A stretch of DNA of 64,000 nucleotides from Tubiluchus corallicola (lineage: Eukaryota > Animalia > Priapulida), in the NCBI GenBank assembly GCA_030141605.1, contig JAQGDQ010000001.1:2232001-2296000 (forward strand), given 5' to 3'. Below the pieces are notes generated by a model. The model worked only from the letters and a program-made list of their open reading frames with translations, ran no database searches and was not told the origin of the DNA. Shown here one piece after another: positions 1 to 12,607 of this stretch. Each line of letters opens with the position of its first letter. Within the stretch, counting starts at the first letter, position 1. The position numbers and the translations under genes were made by a program.

Positions 1-2014
1 AATTACTAAGAATTTCGTTTTCTAATTATGTAGGTCTTTCAAGCAACTAAGCATTATGCTAAGTAATATAACTATGTATGAAGATTTTATGGGTCATACT
101 TTAAAATTGCCTTTTCTTCCTCGGATATTAGAATTGCTTTTGACCATCTCAATTAAGAACTTGAGTATTAATCTAGAGTTCTTTGCTACAGATTTTTCGA
201 TAAATGCCCAGTGTTTTCTGGCCCAATTTTGTGATGTTCTCAGCCACCACATTTATCATCACATTTTTTACTATCTTCGATCCACTCAGAGCAGTTCACG
301 TTTTGACACCTACATTTAAGGCATACTCTCTGAAATCACCTTCACTGTTGTAAACTGCTCTTATTCGTCGCTTCTTTTTGTCTGCCTCTTTCTTTTTGAT
401 GTAAGGCCTGCATAGCACGATGTAAGTTGACAAAAAAACAGACAAATTTAAAAATTGTATCTCTTTTATACAACAAAATTTGCTAGGATTTTTCATGTTT
501 GTATCACCATTTTGGATTTTGACATCGATCAGAACGAATTTGGTGTTGACTGTATTCCAAAATCCATTCTGATTGTTCTGAACACGAAATTGTTTATTAT
601 GAAAATGATATTAATAATTACGAATTACAGTTTGATTGTTCCAAATTTGATGTAGTAAAGGCCTAGAAATGCATTAGTGCGAACAGGCACAAAGTGACGT
701 TCCCGATCTTACTTAAGGTGCACGAAATTCTACTATTTGTGCCGATTTTTTACTATTCCATTTTTGAATTGGGTAATTACGTGTTTTCACAATATCTAAT
801 GTTAAAAACTAGCTAGTCATGATTAGAAACTTTTACCACATACATTAACACAGCAGTTTTTAACAATGCTTGCACACTATGCAAAATCTATGAAAAGATT
901 ACTTTAATTAACAGAACAAACTAATAAAACTAGAGTGTACAATAAACCATAAATTACTTATTGGAAAGAAGAAATTATTTATTGAAAATATGGGAATAGT
1001 AATTGGGCCCCTATAGTCAACACAAACTCAAATTTTCAACAAAAAGCTCCATTATTAATGAGCCAGAAATTAGAATGGGTCAGAAGTTAATGAGTTTTTA
1101 ATTAGCTTCAAATTATACGAAATTTCTGATTAAAATGTTATAACATATCATAAAGGATCAAATTTAAATTTCATATGCAATCCTTAATAAGCAGACGCAT
1201 TCTCCCAGTATTCCACGAAGCAAAATATTGTAACCAGATTTACAAGTCAAACACATACATTCACATAACTCTTGTTGCTTTATATAAAATTTTTGCGGTT
1301 CAAAAAAAACATGTGTATAAGAAGATAGGTAAGGAAATCCATTATGTACATGAATGCCAGAAGAAAAAACACAAAGCAATTTACTTATACACCTAATATC
1401 AGTTTTGTCTATTATGCACACACACTAAAATTACCCATATACCAAAACAAAGTCCTAATTAACAACCAAAATGATACCTTGCAATTTCCTTGCATAAACA
1501 AACCAAAAATTTTGACACAATAAAATTATGAGCTCTTTTTATACAGTTATACACTCGGCAAGCTAAGCTAGCTCAAATATAAGCCCCTGAAATAAGTCTT
1601 GAAGTCTTGAATAAGACACTGTCTTGAATAAGTCTTGAATAAGACATTGAACCATCAAGCCTAATCACAACAGACTAAAGTTGTTTCCTCAATGACAATT
1701 CCATATGTGTGGTTAATATAGGGAAAGCAGAATGCACTAATAGTAAAAGAAGTCACAACTCAGATAGCTCTTTAAGTCTGAATCACTTCGTTATTCTCCT
1801 TCAAGTATATAATTTCTTACTTTTTAAATTCTGTATCTACGAGTTCTCAACCCAAGAAATTGTGAGCTAAGCAGTTTGGACAGTTTTCTATGTGTTTTCT
1901 GATTGACAGCAGCAGCTGTAACTGTATCCCTAGAGCATCACAATTTATGGTTTACCTTATCTCTACATCATATTGTATGGGACTAAAAAATGAAGTTTTC
2001 CAAATGCAGCTTAC

Positions 2015-5000
2015 CTCGAAAATACGTCTCGCATCATGCTTGCTCATTGAAATGTTCATGTGATTGAGGACATTGATAATCTCATCAAATGTAAGAACAC
2101 CATCCTTATTCACATCAGCCTTCAAAAAGTGATTTTTCACCCACCTGTAGTCTATCGTTAAGGTGTTGACCTTCTTATGTGTAAGTGTTCCACTTGAACT
2201 ACATTAGTTATAGTAGACACTTTAGCACAAATCACAGTAAAAACAATTAAATTACGATAATAGACTCAAATAAGGCAATCAAATATGTGCCACAAGTAAA
2301 AGAAAAATGTATGTTCTAGTTAAACATTAAATGTTTAGACATAGTTTAAGAACAACATTGAGGTAAGTCCCTTGTACAACACTTGTTTTGAATTATTACA
2401 AAAAGATACTTGTAATGCTGTCGTCTAAGTGCGGAATATCTTTGCTTTTTGATTAAAGCCGTCAAAACTTTAACACACTTGTCTCTAAGCTCTTTTGAAT
2501 CGGCAACCAGATCCAGTGTTTCGTGCTTAGCACCAATAATCAAAGAGAATGACGCATCTTCAAGCACATCTCCTTTGTTTGAGGACTTCTTGACAAATTC
2601 AAACACATCTGTTTTCCAGCCAGATCGGATTTCTTTCACATCAGCGAGATCATCTACAAAAATGAAAGTAGTGTTAATATTGGTCAATACATTTGTAATC
2701 GTCTATCCCTATTTAGCTCAGTATCTAATATAACTTGCTTGCAAATTTAGATAGTACATTGTTTATATAAATTTAACAGTACTCAAGCAAAAGGTAATTA
2801 CTGTTTTTGAAGATGCCTTAATATTTTTAAGTAAAGCAAGGTTAGAATAGAGATTTATAGCACAAACGTGTTTCACGTGAGAAAGTGAATATGTTGTTTC
2901 ATTAGTTACCAGCTTTCGTGTGATGGACTTTTGCTAAGCAACTAGTCCATTGAATAAATCTAGCTAGTATTCAAGAATTAAATTCTGCTAGGTGCCAAAG
3001 CCTTTAAGTAGGCTTAGTAATAAACAAATTTCTAAAATTCAAACTGGACTGGAAATACAAAGGCCCGGTTCAAGCCTACACTTAATACTGACTTTTTCAT
3101 GTTTCCTCTCAATTTCTTCGAACGAGTTTGGTTTAAAAAAAATCAATAAAAGTTGACTGCCAGTTCCTTCCAACAGAAGAAAAAAAGTAAGATTGCCTAT
3201 TTAATTATTTCTATAGCTGTTTATTTCCAGCTTTCCTTTTATTTCAGGTAAAAACAGAACTGTAGCTCAAATGGGATAAGTGATTCAGTATTAATCATCT
3301 TGTAGTGCAAAAAAATGCCAATAATCAAAACTCAGTGATAATTCATTTGAATCTATAAGTGTATGAAGCCATTCATTTCTAGGCAGTCAATGGTATAAAA
3401 AATCACAATCATAGAAAAATTACAATCAGAGGTCACAGTCATTATAAGTGTACGGTACATGAATATAGCACGTGAATTATGTGTAATTAAAATTGGGGTT
3501 ATTATAAAAATGAACACATTGCTAGTAATACTGTAATGCTTACAAGAAGTTACACCACGTTTTATCCATTTTCTTGAATCTGTGTACTTAAAACCCATCA
3601 GATCTTGTGAGAGCTCGAAATTACGAGGAAATTGCTTTTGTGCTGACCTCACCTTCACTAACCGCAATCCTTTTACAAGGTGCTCCACATCATCTTTCAG
3701 GGATTCTTAAATAAAAGAAAATCAACGAATAAGTGACTTGCAAAATATGAAAACTCTGTAACCTATGGAAATTTTTTAAAAACAGGTACATATACGTATA
3801 TATCAAAAGTTTCATATTGCTATGGCTTGCAAAAGATTATCGTAATGTTTAAAAGACAGTTTAAATTTTAAGGTCTGGTGCAAAAACCGAGAATTAGCAA
3901 TGGCTTCAAGACAAGCATATCTAGAGCCTCTTAAGAAACGCAACCATTACATAATAATAAAAATATATATCAAATTGTTACACAGTACTGGAAAAAACAT
4001 TGAATAAAGTCGTCAAAATGATTTTATCATCGAAGTGAATCAATTTGCTCATGTATGTCAAATAAAATCAAATGTATTCTATGCATTATACGTTTCTGAT
4101 TTATGTTCTTGAATTTAAAACACTGGCTCAATTTTAATTGTCTTAGCCTATGAGTAATCTGAAGCCTAGATTCAACAAATGTTTGCAAAAACATTAGTCA
4201 GCAAAATCCAACTTTTCAGAAATGAATGAAATCAGCATGAATAGACAACTCTATTACCAAGTTACACAAGTTTCTTACTTTTGTAACTGCAACTTTTGCA
4301 ATGATTGTGAAAAGAATCACTAAATCAACTGTAACTGCTCATTAGACCTATATTCGGGGGCACCGGGCATAACAAATTCAATGGTCAAGTTACTTTTGAT
4401 GACATATCCCAAATCGAGATTGCAGGAAATCTTTGCAGATAGGCTTTAACCTTCCACAAGGGTTTCTACTGATTTAGTGTAGCATTAGCTGAGACTTCAC
4501 AGAAAAATGAACATGTAACTCAAGAACATAAAAACATTATTTTTTGATGGAGTGTACATTAAAAAGTCTTATATTGCAAATGGAAGTTTCCAAAATTAGT
4601 TCAGTATTAAATTTTATTGATCGGTTTTCATAAAAGCACTTAAAATAGGGCTATATCAAAAAATGTGTTGTTGTTGGCATCCTTCTGTCTCCGAAGACAA
4701 TGGAGTGTGCGCCAAGAGAGTCAGCTATTGATCACATTGATGGAACTGCAGCGTTGACTGTGGCTTGGCAGTGCGATCCTTGAACGTCTCCAGGGTGCAC
4801 GCCTGGGCAAGGTGTATGGAGATCCTGAGTTGCCCATAAAAATGTGTAATACCTGTATCATGCTGGAAAATGCCTGCCCTGATGCTTATGTTAGTATTCT
4901 GTCATTAATCAATTGCGCATGGACTACGATCATACCTGGACTGGTGTATCAACTTGTCATCTTAACACATATGACAAAGCTCTGATAGATTACAAAATCA

Positions 5001-7620
5001 TACTGAGAGTATGACCAAGCTTGATTTGTGGCTAACCATGCATCTTTTGTTGGTGAGGTCTGTTGAAAGATTTAGCCCACTTTTTACCACTACTTCAGTG
5101 AACTGTTCTCTCTTCAATGATTCCTAAATTTAGAATTACTCTCATAGTTGCAATTTTAAGATATGTGTAAATTGTTTTGGAAATGTAAAAAAATTTTCAA
5201 TAAAATTTATTCGAAACAACAAGAGATAATGCAGCTTAAACTTGCTGCTTGATAGACATGTTTTTTTGTTTTGAATGTTGTGATTGCCTGTATTTTATGT
5301 CTGAACATTAGACCAATTAATGACTGACATGCATGACAGAGAACAAATAAGATGTCACCAGTGAGAACAATATTATAAACATCTAAATTTTTCAAAGTTA
5401 ATGTATGATGATAAACCTTAGAAAATGGCAAAGCAAATATTTTTGCTTGTCTCTCTTACAAAAATTTAAACCACAGACTGAAAACTATGAATGGATTATG
5501 AAATCCTAAGGAAAAGCCTTTACAACTGAAAACACCTATCACTACACATAAGCCATAAGTCTTAAATTGTTTATACCATGAGCAGCTGAACATAAACTCA
5601 TCCTTGGACTGTTAAAGCCATCAAATTGTAATGATATGCTATAACAATTTTATGAAATTAAAGGCTTATAGGAGCCCATATACCATAGGAGCTCCATACA
5701 CAACTTTGCTTAAGAAGTACATTACGATTACTTAACTTCTAATCATAACCAAAACACAGATAGACTAGAAGTGTAAGGCCAAACTGCATAGTAAAAAAAC
5801 TAATTTTGACGACCAAATAAAAGAGAACTGATTTTACCTTGTATGTCAATACGAAAACTACTACCACCTGGTCCAATAAACTCATGTTCAGCCATGTCTG
5901 CTTGCTCTGATCCACAAATTGGCATTGTTGCTGATAAAAGCAATTTTGGGGTCACAAGCTGTTTTATTTGATCGAAACACTGGCATTATACAGATGGCAG
6001 TAACGTGCCTGATCCACAGCAGCAGCAACAGATCAAAACTTCAAAACACTTCCGAGCCATAAGTGTGTAAGTGTAACAATGGATGTCTACTTAGCTTCAT
6101 TTATATACTAGCAAAATGAAATAAAATAGGACCGAAGAGCTTTTTTCAGAAACTTGGAAAACGTTAGAAAACTTTTCAGTTCGCACGTGTAAGCTGTATG
6201 AATAGCCGTATATACACCAAGTGCTAGGTGTAAGCAGTGCTATCACATTATTAAGATCTACCTTAATTTAGCATTTCAAATTGTGATTATCCCAATTAAA
6301 GCGCGAATTTAAACTCATTGACATTAAGGATGTTTGCGTGCTCAGTCCATTGCGATAAATAAGGTAAGTTAGCACTCTTCAATGCGTGAAGCTAGATTAA
6401 AGCAGACTTTATAAGACTAAGAGTGGATTGTGAGAGCGAATTGCATCATCTACAGAACTAAGAAAAAACTCTCAAGAGAAAATTTAACACTTGGGCGTAA
6501 CCATTGCACTCGATTTAACACGTGACGAAAACATCGCCCCAGACAGAACTAACCGAGTCTATTGGCAGAGGCACATTGGCGGAGACAGTCACAATACCGA
6601 TGGCGATACTAATACTGACGTTTACAGTGGACTCTCGTTATAAGAATCACCTTGGGAGAAGGCAAAGTGATTCTTATAACGAGCGATTCTTATAACGAGC
6701 ATGACCCAGAATTGCTTTAAAAAATTTTATGCACGTAAAAATTATTTATTTCCCGAAATTACGCTAGAAACGCCATGAAACAGCATAATGTTTTTCTGGA
6801 CTAAAAAGAACCTAAAAATTGCTAGACTAATGTTTTTATTTCATGGTTGGGTAAATATTTCATGATGCCAGAATTGCCTTAAAATTTTTTTAATGCACAT
6901 AATTTTTGTCATAAAACAAACAAATTTGAAATCTCTGTGGTGTCCGCCACGCCCACTGCGCAGAACCATGTAAGCAGGGCATGAGAGACAATGGGGTTGG
7001 CGCCAAAATTGATTCTACTATCGAAAGAAGGGTGATTCTTATACGAGCAGATTTTCACTAGGAAAATACAGATTCAATTCGGGAAACGCGATTTTGATTC
7101 TTATATCGAGCTGATTCTTATACGTGTGATTCTTGTAACGAGAGTCCACTGTACTGAAAATTGTATGCTAAAAGCAGCATTTAGTTTTTGTTTATCGATT
7201 CATTAGTCGTTACGTAAACGTAGTTATTATTATCTATCTTTGCCTAGCAAGTATAGTGTTAACTTATTACAGGGATTCCCTGCATGGTCAGAAATTTCAG
7301 AGATTAAGAAATTCACAGAAAAAATAATTAATAAGCAGCTGCCGTATGCACATAAAAAACCATTATAAAGATATGAGAAGTAGCAGCAGTAGAACGCATA
7401 AGCGAAAGTAAATTAGAACTTATGATAAGAGTTTTACAGGCAAGCGGCCTAAGAGAAAACGCTGAACTAATAAAAATATGAGAGGCAAAATAACAAAACG
7501 GCTGTAACGAGCTATTGTTCTGTAAGAACATTCAGAGCAAAAATATGAGAATCAGTTGCAGCCCTTTGGTACTTTTAAAACTTATGAACGCATCAATTTA
7601 TTATCAAATTTTAGAAACTT

Positions 7621-7693
<73 letters not shown>

Positions 7694-9379
7694 CTGTTAT
7701 CAACATAGAAATAAGTATCAACTAATTTTATCTCATGCATGGTCACTTTACCATATTTAGCTCTAGTATTGCCAAAAAATAATAATTGGTTGTAGCAGTC
7801 ATTACAGCTGCAGTCAAAATTACGATTCGTGATCATGTTAATAAAATAATTACAGGTTCAGCACAATGCAACTAAGGATCTGTTTTGTCAGCGTCTACTA
7901 CTAACAGACATTGTGGCAAGACTAGAATCTCATTTATTGCATTAAAATTGAAGAGCTATATACATGTATATCTTAGCCACATTTGAACAACTCTCTCAAT
8001 GAAAAAATTAATTATTAATCAGCCACTGTACGACCCGCGAAACCAGTCCAGAAGCAGTTTTTTCGCCTGCATACTATTTTCTTCTATAAGCTTTCAAAGT
8101 AGATAGTTCAAAGTAACAAGGCTGTTAGAGAAGGCAGATGAATATACAATGCTCAGTTCTAAATGAAGTGGGGGGACGGGAGAGGGCTGACAGGGATCAA
8201 AACGTAAACTATGCCGAAATGTGAGGTCTCATCAGAACCCTTTTGCAGATCGCAGCACAGCTAGATACCCGTGTCCCGAATAGATGAGAGTAGTACTGCC
8301 ATACTGAATAAACAATACCCATTACAAGATCGAGGTCATTGGTCAATTGGACTTATAACTAACTTATAACTTGCTATTCTATGTGCGCGGTTAGCTAGTC
8401 AAACGAGTGTTTCGCGTTTGCAAAATGTACACAATAGTCAGTATTTACATTTTTTGCCATAAAATCTTTTATTAGTTCTGTCCAGTTTTGTTTGTCAAGC
8501 TATGTGTAGGGGGAGTGCTAGTAAGGCAAAATTCTGAAAGGTATCAAATAATCTGTCATGCTTTATAGCATCGTTGATTCTGCTTACGGGCACATTAGAT
8601 GGCGACCCCTTAAATTACATCAAAGATGGTTGCATGCGGCACTTCACTGGCTACCATTTCCTGAAAATTTATGCTACTGTTAGCTGTACGTAAGCCTGAT
8701 ACTAATGCATTAGTAAAAGATTAACTGTACATTTTTATAACGGTTTCTTTTTTATTTTTACAGACTGCTAAGCTCTATCCTGAATCCTAGGGTTGCGCAA
8801 ATCCTCCCCAAACCACACGGGTTCCAAGTTCGAATTAAAAACTCTCAGTTTTTTGCGCTACGTTTTCTTGTTGAAATTTAATTCAGTCCATATAGGGACA
8901 TAGACTCCATGGGTTGTACATAGCTGAATGCTTTAAAATAAAAATTTAGTTTTTCAAAATAGAAATTTGCATCTACAAACAGGACTGGCATAAGATCGAT
9001 GTCTTAAGTTAATTAGTGTACGTTAAATTAGTGTTTCATTAAAAATAATAATCGTTATTGTAGGGCAAACACAGTCACCAGTATTAATAACCTTAGTATA
9101 TTAACAACCATAACCTGAACATCCTTAAGCAGACTATATATACGATCTCTATACTAAGTTATAATTCAAGTTACCAGGTAAAAGTAGGGCCTCGTCCAAT
9201 TCCGCTCCCTTCAAAGACGAGGCAGATTTGAGCGACTTGTCGTAATTTTCAGATCGTTGTTGCAGACTCAGCCTCTTCCGAATCTTATTTATTCGTTTTG
9301 GTGGTACCCGTGGTTCGCTTGCAGACTGCGTTCTTTTAGCCGGTTTCACAGTTGGACTGGAATTCTTGTCAGTCGACAT
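2015..9379 (-). CDS. Phosphoinositide phospholipase C (delta/eta/PLC-like class), 5' part: N-terminal extension, PH domain, first EF-hand; gene continues left
   Basis: Exons 9379-9175, 3705-3544, 2653-2410 and 2144-2015 join in frame (phases 1,1,2). Translation includes GLRLVKVRS..FPRNFEL, DVKEIRSGWKTDVF, FSLIIG..HETLDLVA (PLC PH domain) and WVKNHFLKADVNKDGVLTFDEI (EF-hand). Catalytic X/Y boxes are not in the window, so the subclass is uncertain. Confidence 0.85.
2145..2409 (-). other. Probable U12-type (minor spliceosome) GT-AG intron in the PLC gene
   Basis: 5' splice site GTATCTTTT (U12 consensus RTATCCTTT). Branch-point CCTTAAC (plus 2157-2163) lies 12 nt before the exon, and there is no polypyrimidine tract. 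Confidence 0.75.
4669..4837 (-). mobile_element. Short non-autonomous RTE-type retroelement (SINE-like), 169 bp
   Basis: 10-bp TSD AAAAATGTGT (4659-4668 and 4838-4847). GC-rich body. Minus-strand 3' end ...TGTCTTCGGAGACAGAAGGATGCC(AAC)n, a stem-loop plus microsatellite tail resembling RTE-clade LINE 3' ends (family assignment from recall). Confidence 0.7.
6625..7151. mobile_element. pogo/Tigger-like (Tc1/mariner superfamily) MITE
   Basis: 26-bp TIR CAGTGGACTCTCGTTA(T/C)AAGAATCAC (25/26 identical), TA on both flanks, subterminal GATTCTTATAACGAG-like repeats, no ORF. Confidence 0.9.
7623..7691. repeat. (TA)n microsatellite
   Basis: Uninterrupted AT dinucleotide run of about 69 bp. Confidence 0.97.
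8017..8929. mobile_element. Possible old TIR element
   Basis: Degenerate inverted ends AATCAGCCACTGTACGACCCG and CATGGGTTGTACATAGCTGAAT; no clear TSD. Confidence 0.3.
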
Positions 9380-10034
9380 TTTCGTTACACGAAACTAACA
9401 GAGATTTTGTACGTCCTAGGGACTAACCTGCGTACTGAATTAAGCCGTCAATTCATTTATGCTGCAAAACTTTACACTCTCACAAAATTGAATTTTTGAA
9501 GGTTCCACGCACATATTAAGCTGCGATGAGTGTCGGTTATAAACACATCCTAAAAGACACAATACGTTCAAAACTTCAGCAAACTACAAACAGGTTTGAT
9601 TTGCAAAAATTTATCCCTGAAAGCTTGTTTGCTGCGTGGGTGCGTTCGAACGGAACGATCGAGAAACGTGCGTTTGCGGCATGATTTAACACATATAGCC
9701 CAAGCCGCTCTGTAGAATTAACCATGAAGCTAAAAAATTTATAAAAATTAATCACATTATTGCAACACTGTTAACCACTGCTGGCAGATTTTGATCTTTC
9801 GATAACTGATGAGTAGCAGACTCATTTAATATTTAAGAAGTAGCCGCATACACAGCCGACGTTGCCAATGCACATTAATCTTTTATTGGGATGCCATCGC
9901 CCGCAGGCAAGCTAATGAACGAAACTAAGAAGTGGGCCGGCTGCATAGGCCTACATATTGGTCCAAACATTAGGCAATGGCAGCGAGAAACGGCTTGGTA
10001 AATGCCCGATAGTACGTTTTCCAATGGGTGTAAT

Positions 10035-10272
10035 ACATTTCGACACAAACATATTCACACAGGACGTTTCGCCGCAAGACTCAAGACACAAGGTACGACA
10101 CCAAGCTCATTTGGACACAAGGTGATTTGGACACATAGGTATTTGGAACACAGGCTATTTTGGATTTACGTAATTTGGACATGTAGTGAGTATGTAGGTA
10201 TTTTGATCTCATAGGGTTGGACACCAGGTGTTTTGCACACATTGGTTATTTTGACGCGAGAATTGGACATTG
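10035..10272. repeat. Degenerate 15-16 bp tandem array (TTTGGACAC-based), foldback-type transposon arm
   Basis: Repeated units such as ATTTGGACACAAGGTG, ATTTGGACACATAGGT, ATTTGGAACACAGGCT. Confidence 0.6.
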
Positions 10273-11111
10273 TAATAGTAGGACAGTAAGGCATGTAAAT
10301 GCTGCGTAAGTTAATTTTCGTTGTCTAATCTTTGTGACCTTTCACAATAGAGGCAGCCTGAATAACAAGTTGCATGACAAAATTATTTCCATTCATCACG
10401 AGTAGTGAGTTTAGCGAAAGACCTGTTCGAAAGTCTGTGCAAATATATAAAAAGTGAAGGATAGCTGCCACAGATATACAGTTTTTCTTCGTAATTTCCG
10501 AGAAGTTAATGGCAAATTGGAAAAACGACGGATATTTTATTTTTAAGCTAACACTTAGTCAAATTAAAGCAGTTTTGTCTTATAGCTGCGAAATTCAAAA
10601 CAATAACTAGAGAGACATAGTTGCCCTGATGTGACTGACATACATAAAGACTACCTCATTTACGCGGATTTTAATTTTCGTTCGTAATACTGTCATCACA
10701 ATTATTATGCCTCCTGGGGGCATTGTCGGAAACTATTTTAAACATCGGGCAGGCAGAATTCTCGAGACAGGTAAACAGTACTAAATACAGCAGTAATCCA
10801 GCAAAAATCTGTTCATTGCTATGCCAGCACCACATCCGTTCCCAATAATGCTGAATGCCTGTGAAAAAATCCAGCCATTGTCATATCGTGCTGGTTTCTG
10901 GTATAACATGTCGTAACTGATTGTTGTTATCTGATATCTTGCTAATGAATAAGAGCCGTGCATGATTCGTTTGTCTGTGTAGCCTGATCGCAGCATGAGT
11001 TATTTATACACAGCCTAATTTGCACCGATTGATCCGATTTATTTGCTTCGAGTTTCACCCACATCCTACCTATATCCATTTTTTCTCCGAAATGCGGGTA
11101 GCAGGAGCTAG

Positions 11112-12607
11112 CACACTTGGGTCACAGTATTTGGGCCACAGACAATTAGGCCCAAGATATCTGGGTCCCTTCATTAGGCCCCTGACATTTGAACCCCAGA
11201 CATTTGGGATCCAGATAAATGAGCCATTGACCTTCAGTTACAGAGTCAAGGTCACTCATTCAAACTGAAAATTTAGCTAATTGTACTTAGGGAGTTGTTC
11301 GAATAGTTTGTAGGTAAAAATGGTACAGGGAAAAAATGACGTAAATGGAAAAGTAGGAAAAATGGTACAAAAGTTATTTTAATTTTAATGCAAATAATTT
11401 CTATAGTAAAACTATAATGCACTCAGTAGGAATCAGATCTCCCGCCGTGGTCTAAAAATCCTGAACATGTTCGTGTCTGATTATTTTGATCGTAAAACAC
11501 AAATAAACACGCAAACATATAACAATATATCTGCATTGGTATTATACAGACTGATAAAAGACTCATATCCATTAATTAGAATTATTAGTAGTAGAGCACG
11601 TACATTCCACTTAGTTTGCCTGCATTAGTTTAACCATTTGATAACGGACAACTACACGTATTTACATACTAAGTCAGCTTTCAAAGCTATATACAATATA
11701 CATTATATAAGCATAAGTTACAGACAGCATTACAGACAGTTTTTCAAGCGTGAATTTCTTGAAATGAGACCTGGAACTAACTCATAGTTGCTTGCCCTGG
11801 TGGAGAAAATAAAACTTAGCCCATTTGGTTTGAATGAAAATGTCAGAGAATGCCCATTTTGGCAGTTTTCATCACTTCCCTAGTCTAATAATCTGCGTCA
11901 AAATGCATCTTTCTTGTCGCCTACCCACCTTCTCCACAAAGTTTCGTGGAAATCTGAAAATTAAGTAGTCATTGCATAATAGGTTTACTGCAATATAACA
12001 GACAAAATCAAACAAACAACGCTGAAGTATATAATTATTTTAGTTATTTTTACCAAAGAGTCTGTCTGGGTAAAAATAACTAAAATAATTATACCGCACA
12101 CTAACTCTAACCCCAAATCCCACAAATCTTGTGCCATTTTTTTCCATTTGTGCTCTTTTTACTTGAATCATTTTTACAATGCACTACCATTCGGTTATTA
12201 CAGAGGAATCTTTTGTTCATGATTTTGTCGCGAACAGTTTTTCGTTAGCTCTTTAAATTCAGTTCTTCTTATAGTGTTGGATATAGGTTACGGACAGAGG
12301 ACACCTGGGCAGTACTCCTGCAGTAGCACTTGGGTAGTAGACATTTAGGTGTTAGTCAGCTGGGCCATGTACACTTTGATAGCGACATTTGAGCACTGAA
12401 TACTTTAAGCAGTATAAGTGCTACAGAAAGCTTTCACCACTACCTGCCTAACTTGTAACTCCCTCCGTCCCTCTCCTTACATATATATATATATATATAC
12501 CATGGCCCGAATGTCTGGGGCTAAAATATCCTGGGGCCCAAATGTCTGGGGCAGGCTATTCCTGGGCCTAAATGCCTAGGGCCCAAATTATCTGAGGCCC
12601 AAAAATT
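11112..12607. mobile_element. Nested foldback-like element with inverted arms built from ~15-bp tandem units
   Basis: Outer arms: 11112-11210 (CAGACATTTGGG / TTAGGCCC units) versus 12500-12607 (GGCCCAAATGTCTG units). Inner arms: 11310-11372 (AAAAATGGTACA units) versus 12128-12188 (TGTGCCATTTTT units). Confidence 0.6.
11770..12185 (+). repeat. Dispersed repeat, copy 1 (related to 34040-34500)
   Basis: Shares CTGGAACTAACTC..TTGCCC.GGTG, AAGTTT..TGGAAATCTG, GGTAAAAATAACTAAAAT, C(T/C)CTAACCC and TGTGCCATTTTT blocks in the same order as 34040-34500. Confidence 0.7.

Noticed and set aside
56-655. ORFs at the left edge as further PLC exons
   Set aside because: The phase-0 continuation from the nearest acceptor hits a stop and there is no EF-hand or X-box similarity; it looks like decayed coding or TE sequence.
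7515-7836. ORFs with IYIYIY runs
   Set aside because: Translation artefacts of the (TA)n microsatellite.
10035-10272. CRISPR-like array
   Set aside because: Eukaryotic context; units are degenerate and contiguous, with no unique spacers and no cas genes.
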